Shown here piece after piece: positions 27,458 to 34,683 of a DNA stretch of 43,909 bases. The DNA is taken from IMG/VR virus record IMGVR_UViG_3300022309_000002, positions 1 to 43,909 of that record, one strand, 5' to 3'. The notes beneath the pieces were generated by a model, which had not been told where the DNA came from, did no database searches, and saw only the letters and a program-made list of their open reading frames with translations. The DNA comes from a virus. Lineage: Duplodnaviria; Caudoviricetes. The stretch's first letter is position 1. Every line of letters starts with the position of its first letter. Made by a program: the position numbers and the translations under genes.

Positions 27458-28192
27458 ATGCGTAGGATCGTTGTCGGATATTCTGGTGGTGTTACGTCGG
27501 CGTGGGCTGCGGCATGGGCCTTGCGCCAGTTCCCGAAAGGCGAAGTCGTATGGCTCTTTCACGACACCAAGGAAGAGCACCCAGACACGTACCGGTTCCT
27601 TAGAGAATTCTCTGAGGCTGTAGGCCATCCAATTACAGAGCAGTCGGACGGGCGCTCCGTAACTCAGGTATTCCGTGATGAGCACGCCATTGCCAATAAC
27701 CGCATGGCCTTCTGTTCGCGCATCCTGAAAGCCGAGCAGCGAGACAAGTATTTCAAGATGCTTAGGGCAGCAGGCGTCATAGACATCACAAATGTACTGG
27801 GCTTCTCTGCTATCGAATGGCAGCGCGTCCAGAGAGCCACGGCGCGAGGCTGGCAGGGCGGCTACAAGACTGCTTTCCCGCTTATTGACGGCAAAGTCAC
27901 CAAGCAACAGGCAGCCGATTATTGCGTATCTCTGGGCGTCAGGCCGCCAGCAATGTACCACTGGTCTGAACATGCCAACTGCATCGGATGCGTGCGCGGC
28001 GGGAAGGCGTACTGGCTCAAGGTTGCCGAAATGGAACCAGGAGTCTTTCAGCAACGCATTGAATTGGAAGCTGAATTTCGTCACACTATTCTCAAAGATA
28101 CGTCGCTGATTCAATTGCAAAAAACTGGCCTGAAACGCGCCGTCCACTCGCGTGAAAGTATCGACATAGGGCCTTGTGAGTGTGGCGGATGA
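27458..28192 (+). CDS. PAPS-reductase-like PP-loop protein with Cys cluster
   Basis: VVGYSGGVTS, DTKEEHPDTYRFL, CSRILK, HANCIGCVRGG, C-terminal CECGG. Confidence 0.85.
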   Translation: MRRIVVGYSGGVTSAWAAAWALRQFPKGEVVWLFHDTKEEHPDTYRFLREFSEAVGHPITEQSDGRSVTQVFRDEHAIANNRMAFCSRILKAEQRDKYFKMLRAAGVIDITNVLGFSAIEWQRVQRATARGWQGGYKTAFPLIDGKVTKQQAADYCVSLGVRPPAMYHWSEHANCIGCVRGGKAYWLKVAEMEPGVFQQRIELEAEFRHTILKDTSLIQLQKTGLKRAVHSRESIDIGPCECGG

Positions 28193-28237
28193 TTTCATTG
28201 TACTCTGGGAGAATTCCCTAATAATGGAGGATCAATC

Positions 28238-28648
28238 ATGAAGGCTGTGGTGTTGTTACTATGTGCGATGTCGCTATCTTCCTGCATTACGCCGTACAAA
28301 GAGCCGAGCGGGAAATTCGTCAAGGTGGTCCCCGCTGAGGACCGCTCATCCTTTGGAACCAATTTATCCTTTGGGCGGTTGGCACGATGTGAGGGTCCAG
28401 ACAAAAAAGTGATGTTCTACACAGATGGGGATTTCTCAAATTGTATTCTCCTGACAAAGGCCGAACAGGATGAATGGATGTTTGGCTATTCGCGTGGGGC
28501 TGGTCCTGAGATTGTCGGCGCGGCGATTGTCGGGGGCTCGATTGGGGCGGGAGCGGCCTTGAGTGGGGGGAGTACGGCCGCCTCGGCGAGTGCGCGTGCG
28601 TCGAATACCGCAATCCAAACCGTGACCGGCGGAAAGCATCGGCGATAG
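28238..28648 (+). CDS. Lipoprotein with C-terminal Gly-rich hydrophobic segment
   Basis: Lipobox LSS|C at residue 16; SD ggagg. Confidence 0.75.
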   Translation: MKAVVLLLCAMSLSSCITPYKEPSGKFVKVVPAEDRSSFGTNLSFGRLARCEGPDKKVMFYTDGDFSNCILLTKAEQDEWMFGYSRGAGPEIVGAAIVGGSIGAGAALSGGSTAASASARASNTAIQTVTGGKHRR

Positions 28649-29086
28649 ATGAGTGGAAGGAAGCTGAAAAAGCCGTGGCAGGACTGGCTGAGCATCGATC
28701 TCCTCTTGTTCATCGTCATCGTGCTCTGTCTGATTGGATTGACCATCATGGCGATGCTCATCCCGCTCAAAGCCAATGCGGGGGGTTGCCTCGTGATTGA
28801 TGTCCCACCTGGGGCCGTGGTGAATCAGCCGGACGGCGATACCTTCCATGTCTTCGCCTTTCAGCCGGGGGGCGTCGTCAAGATCCGCGTCGAGGGCGTC
28901 AATACCCCAGAGAAGAAGGAACCGGGATGGGCCGAAGCCAAGGCGTTCACGAAAGCCTGGCTGGCCCGTGGACCGTTCAAGGTGATGACCTGCGGGAAGC
29001 CCACGATTGATCGGATCGTGGGCTCCGTCGAACGAGACGGCAAGAGCCTCGCCCAAGACCTCATCGCCCACCACCTCGGGCGCTAG
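28649..29086 (+). CDS. Membrane-anchored thermonuclease (SNase-like)
   Basis: N-terminal TM; DGDTF, IRVEGVNTPE, EAKAF. Confidence 0.8.
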   Translation: MSGRKLKKPWQDWLSIDLLLFIVIVLCLIGLTIMAMLIPLKANAGGCLVIDVPPGAVVNQPDGDTFHVFAFQPGGVVKIRVEGVNTPEKKEPGWAEAKAFTKAWLARGPFKVMTCGKPTIDRIVGSVERDGKSLAQDLIAHHLGR

Positions 29087-29180
29087 CCAAACCGCCACAT
29101 GAGACACATTTACGCCCCACATTCAATCCGTTATCGCGCCTCCATATTCCTAACCTCGCAATAATCCTCATGTTCGATTT

Positions 29181-29196
29181 CGGCACCAGCCTTGCT
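29181..29196 (+). promoter_or_regulatory. Candidate sigma54 (-24/-12) promoter for the early operon
   Basis: CGGCAC-cagcc-TTGCT with exact GG-N10-GC spacing in the late/early intergenic gap. Confidence 0.65.
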
Positions 29197-29198
29197 GT

Positions 29199-29224
29199 AT
29201 CTCCAATCATTACAGATTGGAGGT
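29199..29224 (+). promoter_or_regulatory. Hairpin sequestering the SD of the first early gene
   Basis: atctccaatc-attaca-gattggaggt; the 3' arm contains GGAGGT. Confidence 0.65.
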
Positions 29225-29232
29225 GATGCCCA

Positions 29233-29457
29233 ATGGTTTCCTACGACGAGCATTTAGGGTTTCTCGTGAAGCAGACTCGCGGAGCGAGGGCCGAGCAGCA
29301 AGGGTTTCTCGATGCACGGAGTTTCCCGGAGTGGACAAAGCCGGTGGAATTTTCCGCAGAGCCCTATGAGCAGCAACGGTACAATACGGGGTTTATTGAT
29401 GGCCGCACGATGCTCCTGTGTGAGCAGCACGACCGAGCAAAGGAGGGTGGATCATGA
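29233..29457 (+). CDS. Hypothetical early protein
   Basis: SD GGAGGT; 74 aa. Confidence 0.75.
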   Translation: MVSYDEHLGFLVKQTRGARAEQQGFLDARSFPEWTKPVEFSAEPYEQQRYNTGFIDGRTMLLCEQHDRAKEGGS

Positions 29458-29642
29458 TGACATGTCCCTATTGTCACGACCGGGAAATTGCATTGACCCT
29501 GACCGACCAGGGCGGGACGTACTCCATGTGTAACGTGTGCTCGCTGGCGTGGGGCATCAAGGCCCAAGCCTCGACGGCGCGATGTGAAGTGCTGGCGCTG
29601 GAATACTGGGCGAGCCTGCCGGATGCGCGGGTGGCGCGATGA
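29454..29642 (+). CDS. Small CxxC protein
   Basis: CPYC...CNVC; ATGA coupling. Confidence 0.65.
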   Translation: MMTCPYCHDREIALTLTDQGGTYSMCNVCSLAWGIKAQASTARCEVLALEYWASLPDARVAR

Positions 29643-29794
29643 GCGTTGCGGACTCAGAAATTGAGGATCCGGCAGACTACTGCGCCTGTGGCAACTGGGC
29701 CAGGGTCGGGAAGAAGACATGCTATGAATGTGACCTGGATCTCCAGGATCTCTATTCTGAGATGAAGTATCAAGACGAGAAGGAGAAAACATGA
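29639..29794 (+). CDS. Small Cys-containing acidic protein (51 aa, not in the ORF track)
   Basis: MSVADSEIEDPADYCACG...CYEC; ATGA overlaps at both ends. Confidence 0.6.
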   Translation: MSVADSEIEDPADYCACGNWARVGKKTCYECDLDLQDLYSEMKYQDEKEKT

Positions 29795-29970
29795 CCCGCG
29801 AACCGTATCGGTTAGAATTCGACATCACGCGAGACTATGTGGACCGGCTCGAACGGATGCACGGGCTTGAGGAGCGCACGGCCACGGCGCCACGGACCGC
29901 CGACTATGGTGATGTGGTGATCTGGATGGTGGGGTTCCTGGCGGCTGGCTGGATCATTGGCAATCTCTAG
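29791..29970 (+). CDS. Small protein with C-terminal TM (59 aa, not in the ORF track)
   Basis: SD aaggag; ends VVIWMVGFLAAGWIIGNL. Confidence 0.6.
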   Translation: MTREPYRLEFDITRDYVDRLERMHGLEERTATAPRTADYGDVVIWMVGFLAAGWIIGNL

Positions 29971-29978
29971 GAGGGGCC

Positions 29979-30167
29979 ATGAGGTATTTCCGCTACATGT
30001 TTTCCGATAACTTCTTGGGCCTGGACCGGCACGACTCCGGGTATCTGGTGAATCGCAAACCCGTCGTGACCAAGTTCACGCAGCCGAGAAACACGCAGCG
30101 CGTGAAGGCGGCGAGCACCCGGATGGGGATACGGTTTCTCAAAAAACTAGACAGGATGGGATTATGA
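29979..30167 (+). CDS. Small basic hypothetical protein
   Basis: SD aggagg. Confidence 0.65.
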   Translation: MRYFRYMFSDNFLGLDRHDSGYLVNRKPVVTKFTQPRNTQRVKAASTRMGIRFLKKLDRMGL

Positions 30168-30289
30168 TGAGCAAAAAGATCAAGTGCTTCGGTGGGGAAA
30201 AAGTGCGCAAGCTCGCCAATACCCAAAGCGGAAACACGAATCGAGCAAAAGGGCTGTTGAAAAAGCTCGCGAAACTGGGGGTGAAATGA
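30164..30289 (+). CDS. Small basic peptide (41 aa, not in the ORF track)
   Basis: ATGA overlaps at both ends. Confidence 0.5.
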   Translation: MMSKKIKCFGGEKVRKLANTQSGNTNRAKGLLKKLAKLGVK

Positions 30290-30519
30290 TGGGGCGACCA
30301 AAGATCGGATGCGAGACATGGGAGAGTATCACGATCACCAAACCGAGCGTGGTGCGGCGGATCATCGCGGAGGCGTCCAAGAGCCAAACCAAGCCCTCGA
30401 CGTGGGCGGCGGAGGCGCTTGAGGATTTCATTCTCAAGTATCGCTCAGGGGCGTATGAAGGCGATCAGGCCAGGTTTGATGCGCGAGAGGCAGACCGGAC
30501 AGCGGAGTATTTCGACTAA
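30286..30519 (+). CDS. Putative small DNA-binding protein (RHH-like)
   Basis: MGRPK start, beta-alpha-alpha pattern. Confidence 0.45.
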   Translation: MMGRPKIGCETWESITITKPSVVRRIIAEASKSQTKPSTWAAEALEDFILKYRSGAYEGDQARFDAREADRTAEYFD

Positions 30520-30776
30520 TGCTACTCCCGTGCACCAGCGGGAAAGAGGCGAGCCAGTGCCGGGAATGTGGAATCCCTGGTGATTGGACGACGCGGGAAT
30601 TTCGAGCGATGAAGTTGTGCCCGGAATGCTACGATAATCAAGCGCCATTGAGATTTGTGAGAAAGGAGCGATATGTCAAACGTAGTACCAAAAGAGAACG
30701 AGACAGGATTGAATCGGGACAAGATCGAACTCATCAAGAAGACGGTTGCGAAGGGAGCGACAGACCTGGAGCTTGA
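30519..30776 (+). CDS. Small Zn-ribbon protein
   Basis: CREC...CPEC; TAATG coupling. Confidence 0.55.
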   Translation: MLLPCTSGKEASQCRECGIPGDWTTREFRAMKLCPECYDNQAPLRFVRKERYVKRSTKRERDRIESGQDRTHQEDGCEGSDRPGA

Positions 30777-31557
30777 GCTATTCTTTCATGCTTGCAAGCG
30801 CACAGGGCTAGACCCACTGATGAAGCAGATTTACGCCATTAAGCGATGGGACAGCAAGGACAAGATTGAGAAGATGACGTTTCAGACCGGCATTGACGGC
30901 TACCGACTGATTGCCGACCGAACAGGACAATACGCCGGGTCGAGTGATGCTGAGTATACCGTGGGACTTGATGGCGTCCCTGCTGTGGCGAGGGTCACAG
31001 TGACCAAGCTGGTGAGCGGTATACCGTGCCTGTTCTCCTCATCGGCGCGGTGGGATGAGTATGTTCAGCTTGGCAAAGAGGGACATCCTACGAGCATGTG
31101 GAAGAAGATGCCGTTTCTCATGTTAGCCAAGTGTGCGGAAGCCTTAGCCTTGCGGAAGGCGTTCCCGGCTGAGTTGAGCGGCGTGTATACGCATGAGGAG
31201 ATGCAGCAAGCCGAGGATCAGCGAGCCACGCCTACTCAATCCTACACCACGCACAAGGCGACGGCCGCCAAGAAGATTGCTGAGCTGCGAACGGAAGGCG
31301 CAAAGCAGGCCGACACGCCGAGCCCTCTTGATTGGCGGAAGGCGTTCCCGGCCACGCCGAGCCCTCTTGATTGGGACGCCTTCCTCGACTACGCCGGTGA
31401 CGATCCCGACCGGATGAACGTGGTGACGCAGCTCAAGGAGGCGCTTGCGATTGGCATGGTGTCGGACTTACAAGGCGAGGCGCGGGTGAGTTTTGTCAAG
31501 GAGTTTCAGCAATCGTGCAAGGATACGGGCGTTCCGTGCTTGGAGTGGGTCAAGTGA
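30673..31557 (+). CDS. bet: Single-strand annealing recombinase Bet (RecT/Red-beta family)
   Basis: GLDPLMKQIY, GIDGYRLIADRTG, WKKMPFLMLAKCAEALALRKAFP, GVYTHEEM. Confidence 0.92.
   Translation: MSNVVPKENETGLNRDKIELIKKTVAKGATDLELELFFHACKRTGLDPLMKQIYAIKRWDSKDKIEKMTFQTGIDGYRLIADRTGQYAGSSDAEYTVGLDGVPAVARVTVTKLVSGIPCLFSSSARWDEYVQLGKEGHPTSMWKKMPFLMLAKCAEALALRKAFPAELSGVYTHEEMQQAEDQRATPTQSYTTHKATAAKKIAELRTEGAKQADTPSPLDWRKAFPATPSPLDWDAFLDYAGDDPDRMNVVTQLKEALAIGMVSDLQGEARVSFVKEFQQSCKDTGVPCLEWVK
31314..31374 (+). repeat. 22-bp direct repeat pair inside bet
   Basis: cacgccgagccctcttgattgg at 31314-31335 and 31353-31374. Confidence 0.9.
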
Positions 31558-32012
31558 GAGTGCGCACAGGTGGGCGCAGCGTGGAGATCCCGGACGAGAG
31601 AATGGTGAGGGCGGAAGGCCGCTCCGTTAAAGCGCAAGCTCCTGTGCCGGATGGCGCGGTGGTGGCCCCCTCACCTCTCCCTGGCTGGCCGAAGCCGACC
31701 GACAAATGGAATTACGCCTACGCGCAATTCCTAGACCTGGAACGCCACGCGGGCAACATTCAGCATTGGTGGTATGAGCCTGTGTCCCTCTGGTTGGTCA
31801 GGCCGAACAGAGAGACGAAAGACCAAGGGGTGCGGCATAAGGTGGATTTCATGGTCTGGCAGAACGACGGCAGCTTGACCATGATCGAAGTCAAGGGACA
31901 TTCGCGGAATCTGCGAGACGGGATCACGCGGTACAAAATCGCCAGGGAACAATTCCCCTGCTACACCTGGCGACTGGTGACGAGAGATGGGAGCGGGTGG
32001 CGGGATTATTAA
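31554..32012 (+). CDS. PD-(D/E)xK nuclease (DUF1064-like)
   Basis: WWYEP...KVDFMV...IEVKG...AREQFP. Confidence 0.75.
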   Translation: MRVRTGGRSVEIPDERMVRAEGRSVKAQAPVPDGAVVAPSPLPGWPKPTDKWNYAYAQFLDLERHAGNIQHWWYEPVSLWLVRPNRETKDQGVRHKVDFMVWQNDGSLTMIEVKGHSRNLRDGITRYKIAREQFPCYTWRLVTRDGSGWRDY

Positions 32013-32027
32013 CCACGGAGGTGTGCG

Positions 32028-32186
32028 ATGAGTCTCGATAAATTTATCAACTGGACCGATCAGGGCTTGGCACCGGATGAACACCCCGCCGAGGATGCCG
32101 GGGTCGCGCTGGCGTCAGGGTATTTTACGGTAACGGATGTCCGGCGCATGGTCGCCGAAATTCGGGAGCTACGGAATAATAACTAG
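32028..32186 (+). CDS. Small hypothetical protein (52 aa, not in the ORF track)
   Basis: SD ggaggt before ATG 32028. Confidence 0.55.
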   Translation: MSLDKFINWTDQGLAPDEHPAEDAGVALASGYFTVTDVRRMVAEIRELRNNN

Positions 32187-32369
32187 AGTACGGCGAAGGG
32201 CGGCGTGGAAGGACACGCACGGACGCTATAAACGCTACCGGATTTGTCGATCAGGAGTGGCAGGCGGACGGAGTGCTGAACGAGAATGGGCACTGGCGAC
32301 AACCATCCCAGGATCTATGCGAGCCGGTATCAAGCCCCGGCCCCTCGCTACTTACAAGGAGAAGCATCC

Positions 32370-32735
32370 ATGAACATGAATCAGTACTGGCGAGAAACCG
32401 TGTGCTTTATCTGTGGGACCTTTCTCGGGGCCGGGGCGATGCTCTGGGTCATGGTCGAGGTGTACGAAAAGCCGCGTCCTGAGCCGGTGGTGGTGGATCG
32501 GTTGGTGCCCCGCGAGCTAGCCAACATCGAGGAGCAGATCAAGGAACTCAAAGCCACGGTGGAGGCAAACTATACCCGGCAGGTGCAACGGCAGAAAGAG
32601 GTGCGGTTCAAAACGGAGAAACTCGAACTGGCGAAACAAGTCCATGATGTCCAGCTCGTGACGGCGCAAGAGGGGGCGGATCATATTCGGCACATGGCGC
32701 AGGAATTGGGCGTGACCAGGATGGTGGTGAAATGA
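32370..32735 (+). CDS. Protein with N-terminal TM and coiled coil
   Basis: SD aaggag; FICGTFLGAGAMLWVMV followed by heptads. Confidence 0.7.
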   Translation: MNMNQYWRETVCFICGTFLGAGAMLWVMVEVYEKPRPEPVVVDRLVPRELANIEEQIKELKATVEANYTRQVQRQKEVRFKTEKLELAKQVHDVQLVTAQEGADHIRHMAQELGVTRMVVK

Positions 32736-33904
32736 TGATGTCGGTAGGTAGTTTATTTTCTGGAATAGGGGGTATGGATCATGGACTTGAACGAGCTGGA
32801 ATGCGAATCGAGTGGCAAGTTGAAAACAATGAATACTGTAACAGCGTCCTCGCTAAACATTGGCCTAGCGTTCCCCGCTACGGAGACATCAAAACGATTG
32901 ACTGGCGCACGGTCGAAGCAGTCGATCTTGTCTGCGGCGGATTCCCTTGTCAGCCTTTCTCTTGCGCTGGGAAACAGCAAGGCAAAGAGGACGAGCGTTA
33001 TCTCTGGCCGGAAGTGGTCCGCTGTCTCGCCGTTCTCCGGCCCACTTGGTTCCTTGGTGAAAATGTGTATGGCCTCCTCCATTTGGGGATCGAGCAAGTG
33101 TGCGCTGACCTGGAAGCCCTTGGTTATCAAGTCGCGGTGCTTGGGATTCCAGCTTGTGCTGTCGATGCGCCGCACATCCGAAAGCGGGTCTGGATTCTTG
33201 CCTACACCGAGAGCGATTTACGGCGAACATTCAGGGATGACAGATCCGAAGCACTTAACGGGAGCGGTGCATTCCTGGCCGACACCAAGACAATGTATGT
33301 GGAAAGACGGCACGGTAGATCGAGGGAAAGGGAATCTTGGGGAGGTAGTGGGTGGCCAACTGAACCCGACGTGGGTCGAGTGGTTGCAAGGGTACCCGCT
33401 TGGCTGGACGGAGGTGGACTAGATAAAGCGAGTAGCGGAACTTTCGAAATCATGCAAGCGATGCAATGCGGAAATGGAAAGAAAGCGATTCAATGGCCGG
33501 TTAGAGGACTTGGGAGTGTTCAAACGCTGGGATTATTGCTCGCTGCGCTGCGCGAATATGAGGGACCTCCCAAAGCATTGGGAAACGTATCATTGGCGGG
33601 CTCGGCAACATCGCCAGTCATCATGCGAGGCGTGTGGTTCAACGGACAGACTGCATGTGCATCATGTCGATCGAAGGCCAGAGAACAACGAACCGTCAAA
33701 CCTTCAGACCTTGTGCATCTTCTGTCACAACTTCTTACATGCAACTGTGGATCGACTCGGCTGGACCCATCCGGTACGCCTACCGAGAATCGTGCTCACC
33801 GACTTAAAGGACTCGGCAACGCCGTAGTTCCTGCCATCGTTGAGGCAATAGGGAGAATGATTATCCAAGCCCAAGCGCAAGAAAGGATGAAGGTGGCACC
33901 ATGA
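32732..33904 (+). CDS. DNA (cytosine-5) methyltransferase, large (alpha) subunit
   Basis: Motifs I (LFSGIGG), IV (GGFPCQ), VI (ENV), VIII (HIRKRVW) and X (RLKGLGNAVVP); motif IX is absent from this frame. Confidence 0.9.
   Translation: MMMSVGSLFSGIGGMDHGLERAGMRIEWQVENNEYCNSVLAKHWPSVPRYGDIKTIDWRTVEAVDLVCGGFPCQPFSCAGKQQGKEDERYLWPEVVRCLAVLRPTWFLGENVYGLLHLGIEQVCADLEALGYQVAVLGIPACAVDAPHIRKRVWILAYTESDLRRTFRDDRSEALNGSGAFLADTKTMYVERRHGRSRERESWGGSGWPTEPDVGRVVARVPAWLDGGGLDKASSGTFEIMQAMQCGNGKKAIQWPVRGLGSVQTLGLLLAALREYEGPPKALGNVSLAGSATSPVIMRGVWFNGQTACASCRSKAREQRTVKPSDLVHLLSQLLTCNCGSTRLDPSGTPTENRAHRLKGLGNAVVPAIVEAIGRMIIQAQAQERMKVAP
32781..33422 (+). CDS. Overlapping C5-methyltransferase small (beta) subunit; start uncertain
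   Basis: Alternate frame with LPTP/WPTP and motif-IX-like LNPTWVEWLQGYPLGWT. Confidence 0.75.
   Translation: MDLNELECESSGKLKTMNTVTASSLNIGLAFPATETSKRLTGARSKQSILSAADSLVSLSLALGNSKAKRTSVISGRKWSAVSPFSGPLGSLVKMCMASSIWGSSKCALTWKPLVIKSRCLGFQLVLSMRRTSESGSGFLPTPRAIYGEHSGMTDPKHLTGAVHSWPTPRQCMWKDGTVDRGKGNLGEVVGGQLNPTWVEWLQGYPLGWTEVD
33423..33827 (+). CDS. HNH endonuclease nested inside the methyltransferase gene
   Basis: CKRC...YCSLRC Zn finger; CEACG..DRLHVHHVD...NNEPSNLQTLCIFCH; first ATG at 33474, ATA at 33423 after GGAGGT. Confidence 0.75.
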   Translation: MKRVAELSKSCKRCNAEMERKRFNGRLEDLGVFKRWDYCSLRCANMRDLPKHWETYHWRARQHRQSSCEACGSTDRLHVHHVDRRPENNEPSNLQTLCIFCHNFLHATVDRLGWTHPVRLPRIVLTDLKDSATP

Positions 33905-34077
33905 CTACACCAGAACTAGAGATCCGTATCAGACTGGAAGCCTTTATTTCTGAACGGTGTGCGATGTTGGCCATGAATGCACACCGCGAGGCACAGGGAT
34001 ACGCGCAAGCCTACGGGGAAGAGGCGTTTTTTGAGAATGCAGCCGATATGCGAAAATTGCTAGAGGTGACGCCATGA
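33901..34077 (+). CDS. Small hypothetical protein (58 aa, not in the ORF track)
   Basis: MTTPELEIRIRL...AYGEEAFF; ATGA overlaps at both ends. Confidence 0.65.
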   Translation: MTTPELEIRIRLEAFISERCAMLAMNAHREAQGYAQAYGEEAFFENAADMRKLLEVTP

Positions 34078-34448
34078 AGCTCCTCTCATGTGGAATGGGG
34101 GTTCTCTCATTGCTCCTCTCATTTGGCATCGTTGACGCTGCCGAAGTAACGCTCGATTATGGGGAATTCAAGGGCATGGTCCAACAGTGCCATGTTTGCA
34201 AGCGAGCCGTGGCGGCGTATAAAGAAAAGGATCAGGCCCAGGCTGCCGTGATCGAGTCGCAGAAGGGATACATTGACACTCTGGAAGAAGGCCAGCGGAT
34301 TCAAACGGACCTCAACACGGCCTATGAGGCCAAACTCAAAGAGGGTGAACAAATTAGCTGGTATGAACGCGGGGCCTGGTTAGCCACAGGTGCCGTGGTG
34401 GCGTTGGTCACGAAACGATATGTCCCGATCGGGAGGTGGTGGAAATGA
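34074..34448 (+). CDS. Signal peptide, coiled coil and C-terminal TM protein
   Basis: VDA|AEV; WYERGAWLATGAVVALV. Confidence 0.7.
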   Translation: MKLLSCGMGVLSLLLSFGIVDAAEVTLDYGEFKGMVQQCHVCKRAVAAYKEKDQAQAAVIESQKGYIDTLEEGQRIQTDLNTAYEAKLKEGEQISWYERGAWLATGAVVALVTKRYVPIGRWWK

Positions 34449-34525
34449 TGGGCTCACTGATTGCGGTGCTGGTGGTTGCGCTTGGATATTTTCTGTGGGC
34501 AGTCTGCACAGGGAGGGAAGGATGA
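34445..34525 (+). CDS. Single-TM micropeptide (26 aa)
   Basis: MMGSLIAVLVVALGYFLWAVCTGREG; ATGA overlaps at both ends. Confidence 0.45.
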   Translation: MMGSLIAVLVVALGYFLWAVCTGREG

Positions 34526-34683
34526 GTCACTTTTGTAAGAGTCACCCGCGGTATGCAGCCAAGCGTGAGCCGAGCAGTATTTGCGGAGAATGCTGGCGTT
34601 TATGGTTCTATAAGAATCCTGAAGCGAAAGAAGTTCTCAAGCGCACGTATCAGGAGGCGGCAGAGATGAAGGCGGATCTATGA
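34522..34683 (+). CDS. Small Zn-binding protein
   Basis: CKSHPRY...CGECW. Confidence 0.6.
   Translation: MSHFCKSHPRYAAKREPSSICGECWRLWFYKNPEAKEVLKRTYQEAAEMKADL

Noticed and set aside
27167-28198. 343-aa minus-strand ORF spanning the PAPS-like gene
   Set aside because: No recognisable motifs or SD; the plus-strand gene explains the region. Not strictly excluded.
31314-31374. Mini-CRISPR array
   Set aside because: Only two non-palindromic repeats, a 17-nt spacer, in frame within bet, and no leader or cas genes. Reported as a templated insertion instead.
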